NCBI GenBank assembly: GCA_003345555.1
Contig: PRDJ01000049.1
Location: 1 to 22,725, forward strand
Length of the DNA: 22,725 bases
Source: Candidatus Thorarchaeota archaeon
GTDB lineage: Archaea > Asgardarchaeota > Thorarchaeia > Thorarchaeales > Thorarchaeaceae
Direction of reading: 5' to 3'
Part shown: piece after piece, positions 16,146-22,725 of the stretch
Position numbering within the stretch: position 1 is the stretch's first letter
Layout: each line of letters opens with the position of its first letter
The notes under the pieces: model-generated
Seen by the model: the letters and a program-made list of their open reading frames with translations, nothing else
Databases searched by the model: none
What the model was told of the DNA's origin: nothing
Translations under genes and position numbers: made by a program

Positions 16146-17464
16146 TGCAGTGCGACGCCCCTTTGCTTTGCCATATTGTACTGGCGGATGATGGTGGGCA
16201 GGAAATCCTCAGGGCCCACGTTTATGACTGGAATGCCAAACCGCGCCAGAGCCCGTGAGATTTTTCCCCGCCGCTCCCAGAGCTCTTCCGATACAGCTTC
16301 TGAGAGAACCTTCTCAACAGGCCCAAACTGACCAACAGGAGCCTCGAACCATGGTCCAAACGGACTTATCACTACTGCATTGTGACCATTTGCTACAACA
16401 GCCTTCATCGCACTTAACAGAGGAGCAGGAGACTCCTCTAGGTCGGTCAAGAAGAAGAACAAGGATCGCTTCTTTGTCAGTCTGGTGACATGAGAGACGG
16501 CAGTCTCGTAGTCGCTCCAGCCGCTTGGTTCTGCCATCGCCAAAGCATCAAGCACTTCGTACATGTGATTCTGCCGCGTGCTAGGACGGACATAGGCATG
16601 AACAAGGTCGGAAAAGATACATACGCCCACGAAGTCTTTTCTCTCTAGCCCCATGTATGTGAGGAGCAAGGCCGCTCTGATGCCATATTCCAGTTTGGTA
16701 CTCTCAGGGTAGCCATTACCCATGCTTCCGGATGTGTCAACCATGCAGATGATTTGGACGTTTTTCTCCTCCTCATACTGCTTCACAACAATGTCACCTT
16801 TCTTCGCAGTGGTTGCCCAATCGATGAGTCTGAAAGGGTCACCAGGGACGTATTCACGGAAACCGCTGAATTCGGTGCCCATTCCCACTACCTTCGTCTT
16901 GTGGGCACCGAACATGAGTCCAAGCTGACGCTGTTTCCCAATCGTCTCTAGGCGGCGTACGTCCTTCCAAGTTGGATATACGAGAATTTCCGTCTTTGCT
17001 TTCACAACACGTTTGTAATAGTGGAGTCCCAATCGATCCCTCATTACCACCTCAGTCGGACCGAGATAATACCGTCCTCGCATCCTGACTTGAAGAATGT
17101 ATGAGAAAACAATGCTGCTACCAGGTTCTATACGAGAGGCCATAAAGTTCTCACCTATGGCCAATATCCAAGTCTCGGGGTATTGATCCCAGACTTCAAT
17201 GAAATCGAAGTGGCGGCGAGAAGTGTTTCGGATTGTCACGCGAACACGGAGGAAGTCTCCAGAGAAGACCTTAGTCTTGTCGATTCGGCGATCAACCTCG
17301 ATACCGGACAAGTTTGCCGTCATGGCAAACAGAGGAAGCGTGACTACCAGACCGACAAACAGGTATACGCCAAGAAGAGTGAGATAGAAGTTCATGAAAG
17401 AGAATCCACTGGTCAAGAACAGAACTCCTGCAAATGCGACTGTGAATCCTCTCTGGGTAATCAC
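16142..17464 (-). CDS. DUF58 / vWA-domain protein, MoxR partner
   Basis: GTEFSGFREYVPGDPFRLIDWATTAK (DUF58), KQYEEE, MIDAS motif DTSGS and LTD. N-terminal TM hairpin and a beta-sandwich segment. GTG start. Confidence 0.93.
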   Translation of the reverse strand: MITQRGFTVAFAGVLFLTSGFSFMNFYLTLLGVYLFVGLVVTLPLFAMTANLSGIEVDRRIDKTKVFSGDFLRVRVTIRNTSRRHFDFIEVWDQYPETWILAIGENFMASRIEPGSSIVFSYILQVRMRGRYYLGPTEVVMRDRLGLHYYKRVVKAKTEILVYPTWKDVRRLETIGKQRQLGLMFGAHKTKVVGMGTEFSGFREYVPGDPFRLIDWATTAKKGDIVVKQYEEEKNVQIICMVDTSGSMGNGYPESTKLEYGIRAALLLTYMGLERKDFVGVCIFSDLVHAYVRPSTRQNHMYEVLDALAMAEPSGWSDYETAVSHVTRLTKKRSLFFFLTDLEESPAPLLSAMKAVVANGHNAVVISPFGPWFEAPVGQFGPVEKVLSEAVSEELWERRGKISRALARFGIPVINVGPEDFLPTIIRQYNMAKQRGVALH

Positions 17465-17500
17465 CGCTCATCTTCTCCATTTCTATGTGTTCCAGACCTA

Positions 17501-18490
17501 CTACTTCGGGCAATCAACCTCCCCAAGTATCTTGGAAACTACTTTCTCAACGGAAAGCCCCTCGAGTTCTGCTTCAGGCTTGAGCATCAGTCTGTGGTTC
17601 AGCGTCTGAACGCAGAGCTTCCTAACGTCTTCGGGAGTGACATAGTCGTGCCCATGCATAGCGGCCCGGGTCTTAGAGCCATTCATTAGCACTAGGGAAG
17701 CACGAGGCGAACCTCCAAGAAGAATCTGGGGATCATTCCGAGTACGAACGATTATGTCGCGTATGTAGTTCATAAGATCTTCATCGATATGGACAGTCTT
17801 GCAGGCGTTCTGCATCCGGACAATGGTCGTCGGGTCTGCAAGCACCCTGAGGTCAGTTGCTTCGCCAACATGCTTCCGACGGATGACCTCCGCCTCCTCA
17901 CTGGGCGTGGGATAGTCGAGTATCAATCGAAACATGAATCTGTCCAGTTGCGCTTCCGGCAGAGGGTAAGTGCCCTCCTGCTCAATCGGGTTCTGTGTGG
18001 CAATCATGACAAAAGGCAGCGGCAACTTCCTTGTCACGCCCTCAATGGAGACCTGTCGTTCCTCCATGACCTCCAAAAGCGCGCTTTGCGATTTCGGGGG
18101 GCAACGGTTGATCTCGTCCGCCAACACAAGATTTGCGAAAACAGGACCCTTGCGGAACCAGAATTCTCCGCTCTTCTGATTGAACACGTTGCTCCCAAGA
18201 ATATCGCTGGGTAGCGTGTCCACCGTCAGCTGGATTCTCTTGAAGGCACAGCCCAGTATGGATGCGAATGTACGTGCCATGTATGTCTTGGCGAGACCCG
18301 GCACACCCTCCAAAACGACGTGTCCGTTTGAGAGGAAGGCTATCATGGTATCCCTAAGGATGTCGACCTTCCCAACTATCACTCGTTGACATTCGCGTAT
18401 TATCTCCGAACCTAGGTCGTGCACCTCCGCTATGCTCATAGGCTCAGCCATAGCAGCCTGCATCTGCTCTGTTGTTTCTTCTACAGTCAT
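17501..18490 (-). CDS. moxR: MoxR-family AAA+ ATPase (MoxR-proper type)
   Basis: LEGVPGLAKT (Walker A), RIQLTVDTLPSDILG, LADEINRCPPKSQSALLE (Walker B), ATQNPIEQEGTYPLPEAQLDRF, SPRA. Confidence 0.97.
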   Translation of the reverse strand: MTVEETTEQMQAAMAEPMSIAEVHDLGSEIIRECQRVIVGKVDILRDTMIAFLSNGHVVLEGVPGLAKTYMARTFASILGCAFKRIQLTVDTLPSDILGSNVFNQKSGEFWFRKGPVFANLVLADEINRCPPKSQSALLEVMEERQVSIEGVTRKLPLPFVMIATQNPIEQEGTYPLPEAQLDRFMFRLILDYPTPSEEAEVIRRKHVGEATDLRVLADPTTIVRMQNACKTVHIDEDLMNYIRDIIVRTRNDPQILLGGSPRASLVLMNGSKTRAAMHGHDYVTPEDVRKLCVQTLNHRLMLKPEAELEGLSVEKVVSKILGEVDCPK

Positions 18491-18501
18491 TGCTTTCTAT
18501 C

Positions 18502-19905
18502 TCACCTTCTTGTTTCAACTAATAGTGATGATATGTTCTTCATCCAAAAGAAGAGCGTCATCAACTCGCTCTCCTTGATCTTCATTCCGGGTTTTGATGA
18601 AATCTCTTCAATTCTGTCAATAGTCTTGTAGAATCTTGCCTCATCTAGACTTGAATCCTTGTAGCGCATGAGATCCCATAGCTTTCCGACATCATATTCA
18701 GGCCAAGAGAACCTTTCCAAAAGGTCACGCTTGAGTTTCTTATAGAGCATCTTCACAACACGAGCATAGTTGCCCTCGGTCCGGTAGTATGTCATGCGCT
18801 CACTGAAATAAGTCTGGCCGCGTCGAAGGAAAACGTCAGACACACTTCTGACTTCAGGTTTCTTCACATCGGGTAGGTACTTCTTGATACCGACGACAGT
18901 AATGATGGGATACAATGGTGCGAAATACGGCATGGTGCTTAACCATAAAGCCCTGCCCAAGAAGAATCCATAGAAGAACTCGGCCGAAGCCCATGGTACT
19001 GCGAGCAGGTTCTCGCAGAATACAATAGGTCTACTCGTATTGCCATATGACAACCATTGAATCACATTCCCGGCAAAGGCGCGGTTGTCACCCCGTGAAA
19101 GCATGTCATTGATGAAGATGCTGGGATCGCTCGTAGCGACGAGTCGCCCTTGATAATTCGTACTGAGAACACCGAGGTCAAGCGCTCCTACGACCGGAAG
19201 AGATCCATTCCACTCATTGCCGTCTGGATACGGGTTCTCGCTGTTTATGTCGGTCTCACACCAAGCACGGGTCGTAGTCCAAGCTACGCCTAATTGCCCA
19301 ACCAAGCAGAGAGGGTTGATTGCTGTGGCCCAGTTAAGATGAAGTTCGTTCACACCAATTGTCAACGCACCTTGGTCAATCCCCGACCTGAAGCCGCCAT
19401 TCGCACTTTTGATTACTGGCAGTTTAGGGCTTGTATCATACGAGTTCAGGTCGAGCAGGACCCCTCCAGTGTATGATAGGAAACCGTTTGTCGGCCCGGA
19501 GCCTCCGGGGTATGTCCCCGCAATGAGGGCATTGAGCAACTGGAAGGAGCTATTTGCCGTACCGAAATCATCAGCTATCAAAACGCCACCTCCAGACGAA
19601 AGATGGCCGAACAGTGTGAGTACTGCATCTATTGTGAAGTAAGTCACGGGACCCATGATTACCAAGACTGCATTGCCGTCGTATCTCGAAATGACACTCA
19701 TAGTAGACTGTATGGATAGAGTTGTGTACCCGAGACCCTCGATTTCCGTGCGAAAATCGCTAAGCCCATTATACTGCTGATTGTAGATACTGAAATCCTG
19801 TGGGTAATTCTCTGTCACGCCGAGAATTGTAGTGCCGGCCAATAGTGCAACAGGAAGCCAGCTCACGAAGAAGAGAACAATCTGCAGGGTCTCTTTCCAG
19901 CCCAT
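18502..19905 (-). CDS. DUF4350-like membrane protein
   Basis: N-terminal TM, DFSIYNQQYNGLSDF, GGGVLIADD, VATSDPSIFINDML..GDNRAF, then a second TM region and a basic helical C-terminal domain. Lies directly upstream of moxR. Confidence 0.8.
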   Translation of the reverse strand: MGWKETLQIVLFFVSWLPVALLAGTTILGVTENYPQDFSIYNQQYNGLSDFRTEIEGLGYTTLSIQSTMSVISRYDGNAVLVIMGPVTYFTIDAVLTLFGHLSSGGGVLIADDFGTANSSFQLLNALIAGTYPGGSGPTNGFLSYTGGVLLDLNSYDTSPKLPVIKSANGGFRSGIDQGALTIGVNELHLNWATAINPLCLVGQLGVAWTTTRAWCETDINSENPYPDGNEWNGSLPVVGALDLGVLSTNYQGRLVATSDPSIFINDMLSRGDNRAFAGNVIQWLSYGNTSRPIVFCENLLAVPWASAEFFYGFFLGRALWLSTMPYFAPLYPIITVVGIKKYLPDVKKPEVRSVSDVFLRRGQTYFSERMTYYRTEGNYARVVKMLYKKLKRDLLERFSWPEYDVGKLWDLMRYKDSSLDEARFYKTIDRIEEISSKPGMKIKESELMTLFFWMKNISSLLVETRR

Positions 19906-19926
19906 CTCGGTCCCACCTTTTGCTGT

Positions 19927-20382
19927 TTACACGGGTGTTGAAATCTGACTACCCTCGATTTTGGGGTAAAGGTCGGTGAAGATTCGGATGGCGGCCTCAT
20001 ACGTTGCGCGGTCTATGTCATGCCTAGAGAATCTTGCCTCTTCATAGAAACCCGCGAAGTTCTCAACTGCAGCACTATCCAGAGGAAGCATCTTGAGCAC
20101 GCGCTCGACGTACTCTCGTGCAGTCTCAGAGCTGAGCCGCTCAGAACGTATCTTTGCTCCGCACATCTGTTCGAATGTCCGATACGCAAGGGCAATTGCG
20201 GCGCTATACTTGCCCGCGTCTGCCAGCTTCTTGATATTTCGAAGCTTGCTCGGACTGTCGAACGCCGTCGGTACAATCGATCGTCTGAACCAGCCCTTAA
20301 CGAGATACAAGTAGAGCATGACTACTATTATTGCACCCAGAAGCGCCACGGCCGGTAGAACTATGTCAATAAGTGCTTGCAT
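19927..20382 (-). CDS. DUF4129-domain protein with an N-terminal TM
   Basis: TM (IVLPAVALLGAIIVVMLYLYLV), then AIALAYR, SETAREY and FYEEARFS, the DUF4129 pattern. AGGTGA RBS; 17-nt overlap with the upstream gene. Confidence 0.85.
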   Translation of the reverse strand: MQALIDIVLPAVALLGAIIVVMLYLYLVKGWFRRSIVPTAFDSPSKLRNIKKLADAGKYSAAIALAYRTFEQMCGAKIRSERLSSETAREYVERVLKMLPLDSAAVENFAGFYEEARFSRHDIDRATYEAAIRIFTDLYPKIEGSQISTPV

Positions 20383-22725
20383 TGGTCATCACCTGCTTTG
20401 ATCGAGTTATCGATAATCCAACATATAGTCTGTGTCGAGAATGTCTAGTCATACGTGGAAACCTCGGTCTGTACCTGCGGATGACTAGATAGGCGGCAAC
20501 AACTTCTATCATAATCGTCGCCGTCCAGAAGAGCAACAGGACTACCGGTAGTGGTAGCCCGGAGGCGGGTTGTATCTCAACCCGGTATATGCCTGAGTCG
20601 ACAGCATACACCGAAGAAACTAGCGTAATGCTGTACTCATAATAACCCTGGGGAGCATCCTGTGTAACGGTATATGAAATGCGACCGTCGGCTCCGGTCG
20701 TCCGCGTGGTGGAATTGCCTGTGCCATTGAGGTATAATCTGACGAGGCGACCCACGATTGGCAAATGCCGCGCAGAATCATCAGTAAGCCGGCACCTGAT
20801 CGTAAGAGACGAACCCGGGTCAATCCGCGATCCTGTCTCATGCTGGAACTGCACATTTCTCGTGAACACGTGGATGCTGTTTGTTGTCTCCCCAACGCAG
20901 CCATCGACAAATCCAGCACCAGAATAGCGGGCAGAGAGTATGAATATGCCACTTCCGCTAGTCCAGTCCACTGGCACTGTCTGCGTTGTTGTTATTGAAC
21001 CAGAGACAATCTGTGTGGCAACGAATGTATCGTTGAGATAGATGCTCACGAACCCCGTCAAAGGCGCGCCTGTGGAATCCTCAAGCTGCAAGGTGAAATT
21101 GAATGTCTCGCCCGGCATCACATCGCGCGGCTCTACAAGTGCAATAGTTATGATTGAGCCCATATGCACCTCAACCGACCAAAAGTCTGGAGTCCCATCA
21201 ACCTCGTAGTAGCCATAGGCGATAGAAAGACTCACGACATGGGACCCGAGCGACCAGTTGGATGGAACTGTGAGAGCAATCGAGAATGTGCCATCGCCAA
21301 CTGTCGACACACTTCCCCACATGGTTAGTGAGTCCACGGTTATCTGAAGAGGAACCCCCGATACGCGACCACCGCCGTCCGTGACAAAACCGCTCACCGT
21401 GAACATCTCGGTAACGACGGCAACAAAGACCGATTGCGGACCCAGGTGGAGCTGGACTAGGTCATACACATCCACTTGAAGAACACTTGAGTTTGCGGTT
21501 CCAAAGGCCGCAGAAGGAGGCTGGAATATCACGACGTAGCTAACTTGGCCCGGCTGCTGACTCCATGGTATGTTGAAATTGAAAGTGAAATTACCTTCCT
21601 CGACCGTTGAAGTCGCCATGTTGAGGAATCCTTGGTCCCAATCAAGTCTGACCGTGTAGCCAACCATTTCCGTTCCATTCTGGAACTCTAGCCTGCCGGA
21701 AACGACGAAACTAACGCCCAGATAGGTAGTCGACCCGCCAGCATTGACCGTCACGACGACCTGAATCGCCTGTGCATTGACTTGAACCTGAGTCGTTGCG
21801 TTGGTCGTTAGCTGACTGATTCTTGTGCAGTTGCATTTGAACAAGTAGAGGCCGGGCACGTTCGGAGGAACAGAAAAGCGATGAGAATACACGAATGCAC
21901 CAAAGGAGTCGGTGAAATCGTCATATACGAGGAACCAGCTAGGCCCAACGCGAAGGTACACCCGGACAGGAGCATTGGCAACGGGTGGCCCGCCTCCGGC
22001 ATAGGTTAGATTGCCCCGGATGATTACGGCTTGATCCATTGTCACCGGGGACGTTGCAGTCGCATTGAGAACAAGCTGATACAGAATGAGTATCGTGGTT
22101 CGATTTGCGGACTGCCCGTTGCTCCACAAGGGGTTCCAGCTCGTGTACCTGGCCCAGATGTAGACAGCACCCAATGCATCCCGAATCGAGCAATTGTAGC
22201 GGAATGTAAAGCTGCCACTTCCATCGGTTGTCTTGAAGAAGAGATACGTGCTTGTGCTGTTCCTGTAATATATGGTGACATTCGCACCTGCCAAGGCGGC
22301 GCCGCCTTCTTGGAACGTGAGATTGCCAGAGAGTACTATGGTTTCGTTGAGGTGGTATTGCGCCGCAATAGGGTTGACGTTTACAGTGATCTGATACAGC
22401 CGAAGAGTCAGCGACGGAGAAAGCACTGCAGTCGCATTATCATAAAGCCGAGTGGGCGAAGTGAACCTGACTTGAACGCCGACTGTGCCAGGGGAATCCT
22501 TAGGAATAGAGCAGTTATAGTAGAAATTGTACCATCCGGTCGAGTTCGTCGTCGAATAGAACGTGCGAATACTTCCATTGTTCCAGTATATGTTAACTGT
22601 TCTCCCGGGCCAAGGACTTCCGTTCTCAAACCGCAGACGGCCCCATATGTGAACGGTCTCATTTAGGTGATAGCTTGTCCCATTTGAGAAGACTGTTAGA
22701 ATCGTGTCATAGTTGATTATCTGAA
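20366..22725 (-). CDS. Large cell-surface glycoprotein with at least 7 Ig-like repeats and a C-terminal TM anchor (5' end outside the window)
   Basis: My translation of the reverse complement shows this frame open from 22723 (QIINYDTILTVFSNGTSYHLNETVHIWG...), giving at least 785 aa, so the 22426 start is internal. Repeats of ~100-105 aa follow the pattern (Y)..GE/NET.....G.L....G.P.....V.IY.........TD..G.F. TM at about 20480-20560, then a basic tail. Confidence 0.9.
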   Translation of the reverse strand, partial: QIINYDTILTVFSNGTSYHLNETVHIWGRLRFENGSPWPGRTVNIYWNNGSIRTFYSTTNSTGWYNFYYNCSIPKDSPGTVGVQVRFTSPTRLYDNATAVLSPSLTLRLYQITVNVNPIAAQYHLNETIVLSGNLTFQEGGAALAGANVTIYYRNSTSTYLFFKTTDGSGSFTFRYNCSIRDALGAVYIWARYTSWNPLWSNGQSANRTTILILYQLVLNATATSPVTMDQAVIIRGNLTYAGGGPPVANAPVRVYLRVGPSWFLVYDDFTDSFGAFVYSHRFSVPPNVPGLYLFKCNCTRISQLTTNATTQVQVNAQAIQVVVTVNAGGSTTYLGVSFVVSGRLEFQNGTEMVGYTVRLDWDQGFLNMATSTVEEGNFTFNFNIPWSQQPGQVSYVVIFQPPSAAFGTANSSVLQVDVYDLVQLHLGPQSVFVAVVTEMFTVSGFVTDGGGRVSGVPLQITVDSLTMWGSVSTVGDGTFSIALTVPSNWSLGSHVVSLSIAYGYYEVDGTPDFWSVEVHMGSIITIALVEPRDVMPGETFNFTLQLEDSTGAPLTGFVSIYLNDTFVATQIVSGSITTTQTVPVDWTSGSGIFILSARYSGAGFVDGCVGETTNSIHVFTRNVQFQHETGSRIDPGSSLTIRCRLTDDSARHLPIVGRLVRLYLNGTGNSTTRTTGADGRISYTVTQDAPQGYYEYSITLVSSVYAVDSGIYRVEIQPASGLPLPVVLLLFWTATIMIEVVAAYLVIRRYRPRFPRMTRHSRHRLYVGLSITRSKQVMTNASTY

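Noticed and set aside
20366-20460. Programmed frameshift fusing the Ig protein to DUF4129
   Set aside because: The DUF4129 frame has a TGA two codons before its ATG and its own AGGTGA RBS and TM, and no slippery sequence is evident.
22408-22662. Separate ORF or frameshift at the start of the Ig-repeat gene
   Set aside because: Manual translation shows the Ig frame open from 22723 with a complete extra repeat. The 84-aa ORF is an alternative-frame shadow and no frameshift is needed.
541-22666. Numerous 60-210 aa ORFs overlapping the main genes on other frames or strands (e.g. 1030-1527, 14683-15183, 17183-17689, 22031-22666)
   Set aside because: They overlap well-supported CDSs, have Ser/Arg/Pro-biased composition typical of shadow ORFs, and show no motifs.
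1-22725. CRISPR arrays, IS elements, integrases, defence systems or an actin gene
   Set aside because: No regularly spaced repeats, terminal inverted repeats, transposase, recombinase, nuclease-toxin or actin motifs were seen.

Overview
Archaeal chromosomal window of about 21 genes, roughly 50% GC by eye, with GGTGA/AGGAG ribosome-binding sites, TATA-like promoters and many GTG/TTG starts. Two adjacent profilin genes indicate an Asgard archaeon; Thorarchaeia is my inference, not a result. Left to right: the end of a membrane-anchored protein gene, a MacB/FtsX-type ABC permease plus LolD-like ATPase, a convergent Cys/His-rich 8-TM protein plus NfeD-like protein, an MFS sugar-type transporter, an ABC-2 exporter pair, a Trm112-like/methyltransferase fusion, a hairpin-dense intergenic region with an operator-like palindrome, an ArsR-like wHTH regulator, two divergent profilin paralogues in tandem, an OPT transporter, and a long minus-strand operon (Ig-repeat surface glycoprotein, DUF4129, DUF4350, MoxR AAA+, DUF58/vWA, an unknown membrane protein, a DHH phosphoesterase). 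The best leads are (i) the tandem profilin pair with opposite net charge and a diverged turn motif, (ii) the membrane-spanning MoxR/vWA/Ig-stalk operon with an unrecognised coupled membrane subunit, (iii) the membrane protein that places 6 Cys and 2 His on one face next to the ABC transporter, and (iv) a possible unannotated transcript at 9.1-9.5 kb. I saw no tRNA, rRNA, CRISPR array, transposase or integrase. All family calls come from motif recognition, not database searches.
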